64,000 nucleotides of DNA, taken from the NCBI GenBank assembly GCA_002071085.1, contig MWEM01000010.1, positions 2,047 to 66,046 on the forward strand, written 5' to 3'. The notes under the pieces were generated by a model, which made no database searches, was not told the origin of the DNA, and worked only from the letters and a program-made list of their open reading frames with translations. The translations under genes and the position numbers were made by a program. This DNA is from Thermotogota bacterium ADurb.Bin062. Lineage in GTDB: Bacteria > Thermotogota > Thermotogae > MWEM01. Below are positions 48,706 through 60,002 of the stretch, in pieces; position 1 is the first letter of the stretch, and each line of letters begins with the position of its first letter.

Positions 48706-49743
48706 ATGATGATTAAACCAAAGAAACTCAAGCGGGGCGACACGATCGCCGTTCTGTCCCCCTCTTCCGGAGCGCCACAAAAATTCCCACATATCTTTGA
48801 ACACGGACTTAGCATACTCGAGAGAGAATTCGGTTTTCGTGTCAAGGAGTATCCGACAACCCGAATGTCGTCGAAAGCGCTATATGAGAATCCGAAAGCG
48901 CGTGCGGAGGATATGAACCGGGCGTTCCTCGACCCGGAGGTGAAAGGCATCATCTGTTCCATCGGCGGGGACGATTCCGTTCGCATTCTCCGGTATTTGG
49001 ATACCGAATCGATCCTCAAGAATCGCAAACTCCTGATGGGATACTCGGATAGCACCACCTTCCTCGCCTATCTAAACAAGTTAGGATTGGTGACCTATTA
49101 CGGGCCCTCGATCATGTCCGGGTTTTCGTATTTGAATTGTTTTCCTGAAGCGCTGGAGGAATACAAGAGGGTGTTCTTCGAAAACGCCCCGTATGAAATC
49201 CAACCCTTCTCGGTTTGGGCCGACGCGTATCGACGTTGGGAATACCCCGAGAATACCGGGAAAGTCGAGAGAATGAGAGAGGACCATACCCATCACGTCT
49301 GGATCAACAAGGGCGCAGTCTCGACTGGTTGTCTGTGGGGCGGTTGCCTGGAGGTCCTGGATATGATCAACGGCACCTTCGTTTGGCCGGAGAAAGCGTT
49401 TTGGGAGGGTCGGGTTCTGATGATCGAAACCTCCGAAGACAAACCCAGCCCAAGACAGGTCGGGTACCGTTTGAGGAATTATGGGGCGCAGGGGATCCTC
49501 TCCTCCATCCAGGGGCTCCTCATCGGAAAGCCCAAAGGTTACACGGTAGAGGAAATGCGGGCGCTTAATGAAGAAGTGAAAAAGGTCGTCGTCGGTGAAT
49601 ACGGATGTGATGGTTTGAATATCGTCGGCAACATCGGCTTCGGACATACCGATCCCCACCATATCCTACCCATGGGCGTACCCTTGACGCTCGATCCGGA
49701 GAACGAAACCCTCACCTTCGTCGAGCCCCTCTTCTCTTCGTGA
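48706..49743 (+). CDS. LD-carboxypeptidase (peptidase S66, MccF/LdcA-like).
   Basis: IGGDDS and GYSDSTTFL serine-nucleophile region. Conserved C-terminal Glu/His region. RBS AAGGGGTGA before ATGATG. Confidence 0.75.
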   Translation: MMIKPKKLKRGDTIAVLSPSSGAPQKFPHIFEHGLSILEREFGFRVKEYPTTRMSSKALYENPKARAEDMNRAFLDPEVKGIICSIGGDDSVRILRYLDTESILKNRKLLMGYSDSTTFLAYLNKLGLVTYYGPSIMSGFSYLNCFPEALEEYKRVFFENAPYEIQPFSVWADAYRRWEYPENTGKVERMREDHTHHVWINKGAVSTGCLWGGCLEVLDMINGTFVWPEKAFWEGRVLMIETSEDKPSPRQVGYRLRNYGAQGILSSIQGLLIGKPKGYTVEEMRALNEEVKKVVVGEYGCDGLNIVGNIGFGHTDPHHILPMGVPLTLDPENETLTFVEPLFSS

Positions 49744-49754
49744 GTTCGGTTTTC

Positions 49755-50020
49755 TGGGAGCGCCTTTAGGGCGCCGCACTTTAGTGTGGCATGGGCTTCA
49801 TTGTAGCTCCTGGGAACGCCACAATTTAGTGTGGCGTAGGTTGTGACTTATTTCATTTCAAAAACTGGAAAACCTGCCAACTTAAAAGTTGGCGTTCCCA
49901 GGTGTTCCAAGGCGTTACCAGCGTGAATCTCCCCTCTGTGTTCTCTGCGGCCTCCGTGTGAACCCCTGTTTTTTTAAGACATGCCGAACTGACGTTCGGC
50001 GTTCCCGGCGGCGCTCACAG
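49755..50020. repeat. Intergenic repeat-module cluster.
   Basis: gccgcactttagtgtggcat, gccacaatttagtgtggcgtag, gccaacttaaaagttggcgttcccag, gccgaactgacgttcggcgttcccgg, and ccctctgtgttctctgcggcctccgtgtgaacccc. Confidence 0.8.
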
Positions 50021-50119
50021 AGCAAAACAAGCCGATAATAAAAAATGGTGTGTAAGGCTAAAAAAGTGGTATAATACCGCAATTTTTATAGGGAGCGTGA
50101 AAATCGTGGGGAACTGAAA

Positions 50120-51121
50120 TTGCCTAAAGGCTACAAAAGCAAGTTGAACCTGCGCGACACAGAAAGTGCGATTAAAAAATTCAAAGACTTCTTCGAAAGA
50201 GCCTTATCTTATGAACTTCACTTGATGCGCGTCTCCGCGCCTTTGTTTGTAAAACCCGAATCAGGATTGAATGACAATTTGAACGGGGTAGAGCAACCCG
50301 TGGGTTTCGTCATTCCTGACGCGGGTCACTGCCAAGCGGAGATCGTCCAATCCTTGGCGAAATGGAAGCGTATGGCGTTGAAGCGGTATGGATTCAAGAT
50401 CGGGGAAGGCCTTTACACCGATATGAACGCCATCCGTAAAGATGAGGCGCTGGACAATCTCCACTCGATCTATGTGGATCAATGGGATTGGGAGAAGATT
50501 ATCCCGAAGAAGGATCGAACCCTCGAGGTACTGAAAGAGACCGTGAAAAGTATCTATCGGGTTTTTAAGAACACCGAACGCTTTATCGCTTTTGAGTACA
50601 AGGTTTTGGAAGAAAGCCAAAGCCTTCCGGACGACATCGCCTTCATCACGACGCAAGAGCTCGAAGACCTATTTCCCGACCTCACACCCAAAGAGCGCGA
50701 GCACGAGATTGCCAAGGAAAAGAAGGCGCTCTTCCTCCTGAAGATCGGTGGCCCGCTCAAATCTGGGAAACCCCACGATGGGAGGGCGCCGGATTACGAC
50801 GATTGGGAGTTGAACGGGGATATCCTGTTTTGGTATCCCCTTTTAGAGACCGCTTTCGAAGTCTCTTCTATGGGCATCCGTGTGGATGAAGAAGGCTTGG
50901 TCAAGCAGTTAAAGGTCGCCGGGTGCGAGCAGCGTTTATCCTTGCCCTTTCATCGAGCACTGCTGGATAGACAGTTGCCGTATACGATCGGCGGAGGGAT
51001 CGGGCAATCCAGGATTTGTATGTTCTTTTTGCAAAAAGCGCACATCGGAGAGGTCCAAGCCTCTATCTGGCCGGAAGAGACACATCAGGTTTGCTCGGCC
51101 AGCGGAATCTGCTTATTATGA
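50120..51121 (+). CDS. asnA: Aspartate--ammonia ligase (asparagine synthetase A).
   Basis: Collinear with AsnA: SAPLFV...[60 protein letters not shown]. Confidence 0.85.
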   Translation: MPKGYKSKLNLRDTESAIKKFKDFFERALSYELHLMRVSAPLFVKPESGLNDNLNGVEQPVGFVIPDAGHCQAEIVQSLAKWKRMALKRYGFKIGEGLYTDMNAIRKDEALDNLHSIYVDQWDWEKIIPKKDRTLEVLKETVKSIYRVFKNTERFIAFEYKVLEESQSLPDDIAFITTQELEDLFPDLTPKEREHEIAKEKKALFLLKIGGPLKSGKPHDGRAPDYDDWELNGDILFWYPLLETAFEVSSMGIRVDEEGLVKQLKVAGCEQRLSLPFHRALLDRQLPYTIGGGIGQSRICMFFLQKAHIGEVQASIWPEETHQVCSASGICLL

Positions 51122-51218
51122 TCCCGATTCCTTTCTCCCGCGCGAGGTAGGTTTCTCCAAACATCAAAATAACGAACGAAAAACGGTTTTTTGGGTGAGC
51201 AAACTACGTGGCGGCGGA

Positions 51219-52310
51219 TCAAGCAGAAAACACGAGTTCTCCCTGAAAGACCGTTTTTTTGAGGTTCAAGCTTTTATCAAGCAACACGAAATTGGCCAGA
51301 TATCCCGGATGGATTCGCCCGACGGTCGCTTCGAGCTTCAGCTGCTTCAGCGCGTTCCACGAGGATACCTTGACGAGGTCTCCGTAAGAACAGCGGGTGA
51401 AACGATAGAAGTTTCGTACCCCTTCTATGAACAGCAGCGTGCTGCCCGCGAGCGTTCCGTCTTTCAAGACGGCCTTACCGCCTTTGACAAAGACGGCCAA
51501 TCCTCCGAGTGTGTACTCCCCGTCCTCTAGCCCGGCAGCCGCCATCGAGTCGGTAATTAATAGGATGCGGTCCGACCCTTTGACGCGGTATACCAAATCG
51601 ACGAATTCCGGGGAGGAGTGTATGCCGTCGACGATCATCTCTAGGTCGAAGTCCAAGTACAACCCCGCGCCGGTTGCGCCAATTTCACGATGGAGCAAAG
51701 GGCTAAGCGCGTTTGGGAAATGTGTGATTCTTCGCACCCCCATCTCGTAGGCGCGTTTCATAGTCTCGTAGGTGGCAGCCGTATGGCCTATCGAAAGCAC
51801 GGCATCTTTTTTCTGGCATTCCTCGTGTAGGGTGTCAAACCCCTCGACTTCCGGCGCGGCGGTCACAATTCTAACGGGTTCTTTGATGATCTCGGATAAG
51901 TCGCAATCCTTTGCGGAGATAATGAATTCGGCATTTTGCGCGCCTTTTTTCGCCGGATTGATGAACGGCCCTTCCAAATGGATGCCGTCGATCGATAAAG
52001 GGAGCCTGTCCGCCTTCCTCAAGACGTTTTTCAAGTTCTTGATAGAGGCGGAAACGGTCGTGGGCAAAAAGGTGGTCACCCCTTGTTCGAAATTGTTCTG
52101 CGCCCATCGGGTGTATTCTTCCTGGCCTGCGAACATCGTATCGATCCCCTTTTGCGCGTGCGTGTGGAGGTCCACGAACCCCGGCATTAAGAGATACTCC
52201 GGTTTGCACTCCTGTGGAATAACCGCGCTGATCAGGTGATTGTGCGTTTCTACGCGTCCCGGGGCGCATCCGATAACCGGATCAACGATCAATACCTCGT
52301 TAAAAACCAT
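51219..52310 (-). CDS. nagA: N-acetylglucosamine-6-phosphate deacetylase.
   Basis: GFVDLHTHAQ metal-binding motif, HLEGPFIN, SIGHTAATYE and ITHFPNAL: a NagA-type amidohydrolase. Confidence 0.8.
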   Translation of the reverse strand: MVFNEVLIVDPVIGCAPGRVETHNHLISAVIPQECKPEYLLMPGFVDLHTHAQKGIDTMFAGQEEYTRWAQNNFEQGVTTFLPTTVSASIKNLKNVLRKADRLPLSIDGIHLEGPFINPAKKGAQNAEFIISAKDCDLSEIIKEPVRIVTAAPEVEGFDTLHEECQKKDAVLSIGHTAATYETMKRAYEMGVRRITHFPNALSPLLHREIGATGAGLYLDFDLEMIVDGIHSSPEFVDLVYRVKGSDRILLITDSMAAAGLEDGEYTLGGLAVFVKGGKAVLKDGTLAGSTLLFIEGVRNFYRFTRCSYGDLVKVSSWNALKQLKLEATVGRIHPGYLANFVLLDKSLNLKKTVFQGELVFSA

Positions 52311-52669
52311 AGAACCACCGCCTTTGATGGAATATGAAGCGGGTTTCCGCGACAGTATAACTATTCTCCATATTATGAAACTCTCTTATGGACTGTATCA
52401 TACCATTTTTCGCATGATATGTCAATTGACGTGAATCAGTAAACTATTAAGCACTTTATTTGATAATAAGTTTTCTTGATTCACTGAATTCTCGGTATAA
52501 GTGAACGATAGGTGTCTATTGATCTCTAAATTCCTTCGAGTCTTGTCCTCAGCGATTTTTCCAGGAGGATGAAATGAATGCGGTAGCGGTCGGGGGTTGT
52601 TTTTTGCTTTTAAGGCTGAGAGATGTCGAGTAAAGGACGAGCGAGGGAAACGAATCGGAGCGGCCGGTT

Positions 52670-52698
52670 AAAAAAGAGCGCGGGTAGATCCGCGCTCT
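52670..52698 (-). terminator. Rho-independent terminator downstream of the MCP gene (9-bp GC-rich stem AGAGCGCGG/CCGCGCTCT followed by a U6 run on the minus strand).
   Basis: Plus-strand sequence aaaaaagagcgcgggtagatccgcgctctttt. The stem is 52675-52683 paired with 52690-52698. The A6 run at 52670-52675 gives a U-tract on the minus-strand transcript. Confidence 0.65.
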
Positions 52699-52725
52699 TT
52701 TAGGCTTTTCGATAACGAGCGTCGA

Positions 52726-54984
52726 TTATCCAATTTTGAAGTGTTCCACTTCGTTCTGCAATTCTCCGGAGAGTTGTAGGAGAGCTTCGGACGATTTCAG
52801 GACGTTTTCCGCAGTCGCGGTTTGACCCCGTGTTCGCTCCATCATCGAACGGATGCCCTCCCCCACTTTCGCCAGCGCGCGTGCGTTGCTTTCCATTTTT
52901 TGTGCGATATCTCCGGAGTCGTCGCTCTGGTCTTTTGAAGCCGCCGCGGTTTTTTGCGTGATGGTTGAAATTTTGTTGAATTTCTCCAAGATTTGGGCGT
53001 ACTGTTTCTGTATCTCGTCGGTTTTTCTACTGAACTCTTCCACAAATCCGGCTGTGAGCTGAGTGGCTTCGTTCGCTTGCACGACGCTGCCCTCGATCTC
53101 CCCAAGTATCTTGGATATGTCTTGCGTCGATTTTTTGCTTTCTTCGGCGAGTTTTCTGATTTCGTCGGCCACCACGGCGAACCCTTTTCCGGCCTCTCCC
53201 GCTCGGGCGGCCTCTATCGCCGCGTTAAGCGCCAACAGGTTCGTTTGTTCGGAGATATTGGAAATGGTGTTCAAAATGTCGCCAACGTTTTGGGTTTTCT
53301 CCGTCAACGTCGCCACACGTTTGGACGTTAAAACGGTGTTATCGCGCGTTTTCACTGCCATCGCCGCGATCTCTTCCACGATGGCTGCCCCTTCTCGCGT
53401 TTGTTTCGCGGCGTCGACGGACTCTTTCGACAGCGTCAGGGAGAGCTGCGAAGATTCTTTTGTCGCGTCGGACAAGGTTCGGATAATACGCGTGGCCTCC
53501 TCGATCGAGTCGCTCACCGTTTGGATAGAGTTGACGACGGTCTTATTCTGCTCCAACACCTTCTGAGCTCCTTGTGAGGACTCTTCGGCTAACCCTCGAA
53601 GTTCCTCCGAGGCGTCACCGAGGCTGTTGGACGCCCCGGATATGCCTTTCAATGTATTTCGAAATGCGGTAACGACGTGTTTGAGTTCGTTTTCTGCCAC
53701 GCTGATCTCATCTTTGGCCTTCGTCGAAAAATCGACGGTCAGGTCGAGCCCCGCTATCGCCCTCACCTTTTCTTTCAATGCTTTCAACGGTTTCCGGAAC
53801 CCACGCACGATCCAGATGATCACGATGACTGTAATGACGAGCATGCCTATCAGAATCATCACGAACAGGCGATTGGTGTCGGCGAGGGAGTCGACTGTCT
53901 CGCGTACACTTTTCTGGAAGGTCGCGTAATTGGCGTCGATTTCCTGGGCTTTCTTTAGGAAGAGCGATCTCACCAACTGCTCGAATTTCGTGACCGTTGT
54001 CGCCATTCCCTCGTTTACAATGGTCAATCCTTCTTCCCTCTGGGTGTAAAGACGATCCTGCAGGCGTGTGATACTTAGGTTCGTATCATCGATCTCTTTC
54101 TGTGTGATCGTTAGCTCGATGAACAACTCGTCGTAGACGGAGAAGCTTTTCCCATACGCCCATTCGGTCGCGAGGTTAACGAAAGCATATCTTTCTTCGG
54201 GAGACAACTCGGATTTTTGCAAATACGTCGATAGTTTTTTCTCCGATATCAGCTTCTGGTTAAATTGGTAGAGAAATACCGAATCTTCCATCAATTTCGA
54301 CAAATAGCTTCGAATCAAGAATTCCCATCCAAACACGACGTCCGTATCGAACACGTATTGTTTCGAGGCCCACAGCTGTTCAACCTCTCGAAAGGTGAAA
54401 GCAGATAGGGCATCCTTAAACTCTTTGGGGGAAAAGGCGGTGTCCGCGTTGACCAGCATTTTTTCGACCGTGGCTATCTTCGTCGCATCTGGACGAGTAT
54501 AGACGTCTATCTGACGCAGGATTTCGTTGAGCCGCGCTTGTTGTTTAGGAATCCGCTCGTTTTTCGTGGTGTCCATGATGCGCTGTGAAGAAAGCTCTTT
54601 GTCTTTGGATGCCATAACTTTCTGAATGAAATCGTCCAGTTCATCGAGGATCGCTTCAACCTCTTTTCCAAAACCGTATTCTTTCGCCATTGCTTCCGCT
54701 TTCGCGTAGTTTTGGAAATAGACGTCACCCAATTCCGCTCTTTGGTCTTTATCCGAAACGAAACCCACCCTCAAAAAATCACGGACTGTCTGCAATATCA
54801 AACGTTCGAATTCAAAGGAGTTTCGGTTTTCTTGAGTGAGCGCCTTCGTCTTTTGAATGTTAGCGAGAATCGCTTGGCTGTCCCTCTCCGTTTTTTGTGC
54901 CACCATTTGGAAAATCCAAAAGTTCGCTACCAACAGTAACAGAATCAGAGAAAACCCCAAAAGCAATCGAGTCGTTATTTTCAT
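52726..54984 (-). CDS. Methyl-accepting chemotaxis protein.
   Basis: N-terminal TM helix, a second TM before the HAMP domain, and the highly conserved signalling domain [43 protein letters not shown] 9 nt upstream. Confidence 0.85.
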   Translation of the reverse strand: MKITTRLLLGFSLILLLLVANFWIFQMVAQKTERDSQAILANIQKTKALTQENRNSFEFERLILQTVRDFLRVGFVSDKDQRAELGDVYFQNYAKAEAMAKEYGFGKEVEAILDELDDFIQKVMASKDKELSSQRIMDTTKNERIPKQQARLNEILRQIDVYTRPDATKIATVEKMLVNADTAFSPKEFKDALSAFTFREVEQLWASKQYVFDTDVVFGWEFLIRSYLSKLMEDSVFLYQFNQKLISEKKLSTYLQKSELSPEERYAFVNLATEWAYGKSFSVYDELFIELTITQKEIDDTNLSITRLQDRLYTQREEGLTIVNEGMATTVTKFEQLVRSLFLKKAQEIDANYATFQKSVRETVDSLADTNRLFVMILIGMLVITVIVIIWIVRGFRKPLKALKEKVRAIAGLDLTVDFSTKAKDEISVAENELKHVVTAFRNTLKGISGASNSLGDASEELRGLAEESSQGAQKVLEQNKTVVNSIQTVSDSIEEATRIIRTLSDATKESSQLSLTLSKESVDAAKQTREGAAIVEEIAAMAVKTRDNTVLTSKRVATLTEKTQNVGDILNTISNISEQTNLLALNAAIEAARAGEAGKGFAVVADEIRKLAEESKKSTQDISKILGEIEGSVVQANEATQLTAGFVEEFSRKTDEIQKQYAQILEKFNKISTITQKTAAASKDQSDDSGDIAQKMESNARALAKVGEGIRSMMERTRGQTATAENVLKSSEALLQLSGELQNEVEHFKIG

Positions 54985-55214
54985 ATTCTATGACCTCCCA
55001 TAGAGAGAATTGCATATTCGTGCTCTATTATAACACCCGCCGCTGTTCTAGGCTATACATTTCGGTATGCGTTGTGTAAAGGTATCGCGTTGACTTATTC
55101 ACTAAGAAACAAGTCCTCATTTGGCTTGTCTGAGTCGCAGGTTTTGCAACGTCGAGTGTTCTATCACGCTCGAAAAGATTTAAGACTTCCGTCTCCGGTT
55201 ATTTTCGACTTTCT

Positions 55215-55688
55215 GTGTGGGTCAAGCTATGGGGTGTAATCAAGAAACAATGTCAGAATCGTCCGTACGATTTTTATTCTTGTAGTCATCGCGGCGTAAG
55301 CGCTTCTTCTTTTCGCGACGGCGCGATACGCTTTTGTACCTGTCTTGAAAAACAGGGTTCGCACAGAGGGCACAGAGAACACAGAGAAAAGAGTGAAGAT
55401 AACTCGTGGCGCCGACTTCCAGTCGGCCTGTCGCTCGGGGAAGACCATTGGAACGCCAAACTTTAGTTTGGCATGGTTTGTGAAAATTGAAATGCAGCAG
55501 AGCGTATCGCGAAGGTATGAAAGTATCGCGAGACTCCGTGGGCTTCCGAAGTCAGCCCGCTGGTTACCCCGCGATAGCTCCACACGGTCATCGCGGCGTA
55601 GAAGGGGAAGGGCAGATCGCGGGGTCGTAAAAATCACTTACCCCGCGATAACCATCTTAGTTACGTCACCCCATAGCTTGACTCGCAC
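55215..55688. mobile_element. Second MITE-like copy (~475 bp) with the same terminal inverted repeats (GTGTGGGTCAAGCTATGGGGTG ... CACCCCATAGCTTGACTCGCAC).
   Basis: TIRs at 55215-55236 and 55667-55688. The left ~115 bp are near-identical to copy 1 (30139-30255). Internal modules are shared with the other repeat clusters. Confidence 0.7.
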
Positions 55689-55823
55689 TTCAGATATTAT
55701 GAACATCGCGGGTATGGTATACTTGATACAGGCAGCCTTAGAAGAGCCTCGCGACGTTTCTTAGGGAGCAGCGAGGAAAAACGCGTCGGGCTGCGTCAGG
55801 CTCAAACCGCAAAGGGTGAGAAG

Positions 55824-56936
55824 ATGGCGCTCAATTACATTGGAAGCAAACTGTCCCTTTTGGATTTCATCGAAAACGTGGTTGGTTATGCGATAGACGA
55901 GAAGATCGACGTCGTTGGGGACTTGTTCGCAGGAACCGGCGCAGTGGGTAAGCTCTTCAAAGCGAAGGGTTGTAAGATCGTATCGAACGATATCCAACAC
56001 TACAGCTATGTGATGAACAAAAAGCATATCGGCATATGCGCGCCGCTGAGCTTCAGCGGGTTGGTTTCGGAATTGCCGGGGTTAGAAGCCGCAGAGGATA
56101 AGACAAGCTTCGTCCTTGACCATTTAAACAACAGTACGGCGCTGTACTCTGGATTCATCGTCGAGAACTACAGCGAAGCGGGGACCCGCGGAAAGAAGCA
56201 CACTCGGCTGTATTTTTCGGATGAAAACGCCCTGTTGATCGACACGATCCGGCAGCGGATCGAAACCTGGGCGGTCGACCGGAAGATAACCGAAGACGAA
56301 TATTATTATCTACTAGCAACGCTCCTCGAAGCCGCGGATAGGGTGGCAAACACCGCCTCCGTGTACGCCGCGTTCCTGAAGGTCTTGAAAGCGCCCGCCA
56401 CAAAAAGGTTGGAGCTCCGACAAGACGAGATCATCCCCAGCAATAGAACCCACAAGATCTTTAACGACGACATCCGTAACATCCTCAACCGAGAACCGAT
56501 CGACCTCCTGTACCTGGATCCGCCATACAACGGGCGGCAGTACGATACGAATTATCATCTGCTGGAGACGATCTCACGATATGACAACCCGGAGATCACC
56601 GGTAAAACGGGGCTGAGAAAAAGCAAGGATCAAAAGTCCGATTTCTGTCGAAAACGGACGGTGAAACAGGCCTTCGCGCAAGTGGTGCTACATACTCAAG
56701 CGAAATACATCCTGGTGAGCTACAACAACGAGGGTCTGATGAGTCTATCAGACGTTGTAGAGATCTTGACTCTTCGTGGCACGCCCAAGACCTACCTCCG
56801 CCAATACAAACGGTTTCGGGCAGATAAAAGCGAGAACCGGAACTATAAAGCCGCGGCTACCGACGAATTCCTACACGTCGTCAGGTGCGATAGAAGTTTC
56901 AAACGCTATTCCGAGGAAAAAAGGGTATCTTGGTAA
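55824..56936 (+). CDS. Dam-like (D12-class) N6-adenine DNA methyltransferase. No adjacent restriction enzyme is evident, so it looks like an orphan.
   Basis: N-terminal NYIGSKLSL...DLFAGTGAVG (Dam motif I region) and catalytic DPPY (LYLDPPYNGRQYD). Confidence 0.8.
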   Translation: MALNYIGSKLSLLDFIENVVGYAIDEKIDVVGDLFAGTGAVGKLFKAKGCKIVSNDIQHYSYVMNKKHIGICAPLSFSGLVSELPGLEAAEDKTSFVLDHLNNSTALYSGFIVENYSEAGTRGKKHTRLYFSDENALLIDTIRQRIETWAVDRKITEDEYYYLLATLLEAADRVANTASVYAAFLKVLKAPATKRLELRQDEIIPSNRTHKIFNDDIRNILNREPIDLLYLDPPYNGRQYDTNYHLLETISRYDNPEITGKTGLRKSKDQKSDFCRKRTVKQAFAQVVLHTQAKYILVSYNNEGLMSLSDVVEILTLRGTPKTYLRQYKRFRADKSENRNYKAAATDEFLHVVRCDRSFKRYSEEKRVSW

Positions 56937-56948
56937 ACCTTTCTCCAT

Positions 56949-59900
56949 TCAATTTACGAAAGCCCTCTCGTAATCGCCAATCCTTCGGTCGAGCTCTTCC
57001 TCGAAGCCCGCATCCCAGACCACATCCATCGTTTCTCGCTCGTCGAGGAAAAACAGGGTGGCCTTTTCCGGCTCCGGTTGTACCAACCCTTTGACCAAAA
57101 AAAGATAGAAACGCATCTGAAACCGATACCTCTCGAGGTATTGCGGATTTGCACGCGAGGCTTTAAAGTCGAGAATATGCCATTTTCCGTCCAGAAAGTA
57201 CAGCTTGTCGATCGTGCCGGATAAAATGTAACGACCCCGCAGCTTTCGGATGGGTTTCTCGCTGAAGCACGGGTGCGCCTTCCGAAGGTCATCGAACAAC
57301 GGATGGCCGGCGACACGACGTATCTTGGCTTCCGTCGCTTCAACGACCGAATCTGGAAAGCCAAACGACCGGTTCAGTCGGTCCACCGTCTCCCTCGTTA
57401 TCCCCGAAAGGTCTTTGTCTCCATACCGTTCCAAGACCTTATGGACGAGCGTCCCGACTTCTTCCGTATACCCCGGGGCCCCAAACGAGAGTTTGAAGAG
57501 CTCGGGTAAGAGGTCATCGGTCTTTTTTTCCTCGTGCCTCCACAGGATACGGCGCGTTGCTTGCGCGTCGGTTTTCTCGACAGATGTGAGCAATGAGGGG
57601 CTGAGGTACTTCTGGTAAGGCCGATCTTCCAAGGGAAAAGCGGTCTGTGGGATACGCTCGACCGTTTCTCCCGTCGAGGGGCCCGAAGGTTCCACCGCCT
57701 GATCTACCGCTCGAATCGTTTTGAGATCCTGCGGCGCTGGCGTGAGGAGTCCAGCGTATTCTGATTCTTCTATCGGCGCCCATTCCGTCCCGGGCACGAT
57801 TAACCCTCCGGTATGCAGCAAGGGCAGGAATCCTTTTTTCGGCGGGGCAGGTCGATTTTGCCTATTTCTCGGCCTTTCGGAGAAGCTGAGCACGATCTCT
57901 TCTTTGGCTCGCGTCATCGCAACGTATAGAAGGCGTTTGTTTTCTTCGTATTCTCGGGCTTTTTCCTTCTGTTTCAACTCGGAATAGTCCTTCGCGGTCT
58001 CGGAAGCACGAACGGCGTTGTCCTCTTGATCCACCGGGTCTTCCCCCGCTTCCCCTTCGGCGTCTCCGGAGAAAAAGATCAGCCGGTTTTCCCAATCCGT
58101 GAGAAAGATGTGGGATCGAGGGCTCTGATTGAATCCGAGGTTGGGGAGTATCACGATCGGGTATTGCAGCCCCTTGGCCTTGTGGATCGTCATCACCCGC
58201 ACCACATCGTCGTGTTCCGATTCGATGGCGGCCTCTTCTTCTTTGATGACGTTTTCTTGCGCCATCTGCTCTAAAAACTCTCGGGTCGACGCATTTCCGG
58301 TGAATCCGTCGGCTATTTCCAAAAGCTTTTTCACGTTTAGCCACGCCTTGGGGCCGTTGGGCAACGTGGCCAGATACAGGTCATAATCGAAGTCCTGGAT
58401 CGCTTCTCGCAAGAGTTCTCCGATAGACCGCAAAGGCAGGTGTGCGCGCAATCCTTCGATTCTTTCCAGGAACAAACCTTTTTGCGAGTCGGTGGAGCCG
58501 ATTTCTTTCACGTATGCCTTTAAACCGGTATAAAGAAAACGCCGATCGCGTTGGCGCATTTCGAGGATCTCCTCTTCGCAGAAGGGCGAGAGATAACTCG
58601 ACAGGAGTTGTACGAGGGCGTATTCGTCCGCGGGGTTATAGAGCGCTCGGACGAGCGAGAGGAGCGAGAGAATCTCCGGACGCCGGTAAAAGTTCGTCGA
58701 GCCCACCTGATAGTAAGGCAGGCCGTACCTTTCCAGCACCGCGGTCAAGGTGTCGACGGCGGTCATCGCGCGCAACAGCACCGCGAAATCTTTGGGTTGC
58801 CGATGCTCCTTATCTATCAGATGCGTGATATAGGCGCAGAGGTTGAAGCACTCCTCGGCGAAGTCTTTGGCTTTAGGGAGGAGTCTCACCCGACCGGCGT
58901 GGGCGGAGAATCGATCCTCTTTGTCCGTCTTTCCAGGCGTCAGCGGCTCGTATGCGATCCCATAACGATCCGGTTGATTGCCGAAGACCTTCGGGAAAAA
59001 CCGGTTGTAGAAGTCGATAAGCTTCTCGTGCGAGCGGTAGTTCTCTTCCAATGTCACATACCGCGTTTCGTCGAATTGCTCGCGGGTGACGTTGAAGACG
59101 CCGATCTCCGCGCCGTTGAATCGATAGATAGATTGCTTGCCGTCTCCGACGTAGATCAACGTGGTCTTTCCACACTCTGCGAAGCGGTCCAGGATGCGTT
59201 TCTGGAGAACGTTCGTATCCTGGAACTCGTCCACGATGATGGCGTGGAAGCGCTCGGCCAGGTGTTCTCGGACGCCTTCGTGCTCATCTAACAGGCGGAG
59301 GGTGTGGAGCAAGAGGGCTTCGAAATCCACCGCGTTGTCGCGCGCGCACTCTTCCTCGTAGACGGCCAGGATTCTTTTAAAGAGGTTTCCAAACGCCTTT
59401 GCCACCTCGTCTGTCGGTTCGCTTTCTCCCGCTCGAGGGGTAAAGATGTCCCACACCTCGAATCGCTTTCGACTGAGCGCTTGGATGAAAAGGTCGATCA
59501 ATCCGTCCAGGCGAAACTGGTTCAGCAGGAGCTTGACCTCCTCCGGTTTCTTTCCTCCGATTTCTTGATCGAGTTCGCGTAAGACGATTCCTCGGATTTT
59601 GCGTTCTTTCTGATACTCGTTCAGTACTTCGAAAGAAGGATCCAGGTTCATTTCGAGCGAAAACTCCCGCAGGATTCGGGAGCAAAACCCGTGTATCGTG
59701 TCGATCCAGACGAATGGCATCGCGTTGAGAATCCGTTCGGCCTCCGTCGCCATATTTGGCTTGCCCGAAAGGTCTTCTAGGTGGCGGATGATCCGCTCTT
59801 TCATCTCGCCCGCTGCTTTTTTCGTGAAGGTGATTGCGGCGACGGAGAGGGGGTCCACTCGTTTCAGGGGATCCTGAATCAGCGCGAAGAACTTCTCCAC

Positions 59901-60002
59901 GATCGCGTGGGTTTTTCCGGTACCGGCGCCCGCGCTGACAAAAAGGCTCCCTTCGGTTTCTAGTATCCTTTTTTGACTCGCGTTAAGGCCTACCTCGCTC
60001 AC
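56949..60002 (-). CDS. addA: AddA-type helicase-nuclease (UvrD/PcrA-like SF1 helicase with a C-terminal RecB-family nuclease).
   Basis: Walker A VSAGAGTGKTH, UvrD-type motifs, and C-terminal ...HILDFKASR nuclease motif. GTG start with GAGGAGG 5 nt upstream. 4-nt overlap with addB. Confidence 0.75.
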   Translation of the reverse strand: MSEVGLNASQKRILETEGSLFVSAGAGTGKTHAIVEKFFALIQDPLKRVDPLSVAAITFTKKAAGEMKERIIRHLEDLSGKPNMATEAERILNAMPFVWIDTIHGFCSRILREFSLEMNLDPSFEVLNEYQKERKIRGIVLRELDQEIGGKKPEEVKLLLNQFRLDGLIDLFIQALSRKRFEVWDIFTPRAGESEPTDEVAKAFGNLFKRILAVYEEECARDNAVDFEALLLHTLRLLDEHEGVREHLAERFHAIIVDEFQDTNVLQKRILDRFAECGKTTLIYVGDGKQSIYRFNGAEIGVFNVTREQFDETRYVTLEENYRSHEKLIDFYNRFFPKVFGNQPDRYGIAYEPLTPGKTDKEDRFSAHAGRVRLLPKAKDFAEECFNLCAYITHLIDKEHRQPKDFAVLLRAMTAVDTLTAVLERYGLPYYQVGSTNFYRRPEILSLLSLVRALYNPADEYALVQLLSSYLSPFCEEEILEMRQRDRRFLYTGLKAYVKEIGSTDSQKGLFLERIEGLRAHLPLRSIGELLREAIQDFDYDLYLATLPNGPKAWLNVKKLLEIADGFTGNASTREFLEQMAQENVIKEEEAAIESEHDDVVRVMTIHKAKGLQYPIVILPNLGFNQSPRSHIFLTDWENRLIFFSGDAEGEAGEDPVDQEDNAVRASETAKDYSELKQKEKAREYEENKRLLYVAMTRAKEEIVLSFSERPRNRQNRPAPPKKGFLPLLHTGGLIVPGTEWAPIEESEYAGLLTPAPQDLKTIRAVDQAVEPSGPSTGETVERIPQTAFPLEDRPYQKYLSPSLLTSVEKTDAQATRRILWRHEEKKTDDLLPELFKLSFGAPGYTEEVGTLVHKVLERYGDKDLSGITRETVDRLNRSFGFPDSVVEATEAKIRRVAGHPLFDDLRKAHPCFSEKPIRKLRGRYILSGTIDKLYFLDGKWHILDFKASRANPQYLERYRFQMRFYLFLVKGLVQPEPEKATLFFLDERETMDVVWDAGFEEELDRRIGDYERAFVN

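Noticed and set aside
52569-52628. 19-codon ORF (MNAVAVGGCFLLLRLRDVE) with a GGAGG RBS in the MCP-nagA intergenic region
   Set aside because: Too short and lacking any supporting context. It may be a chance ORF in a promoter region. Mentioned only as a possible leader peptide.
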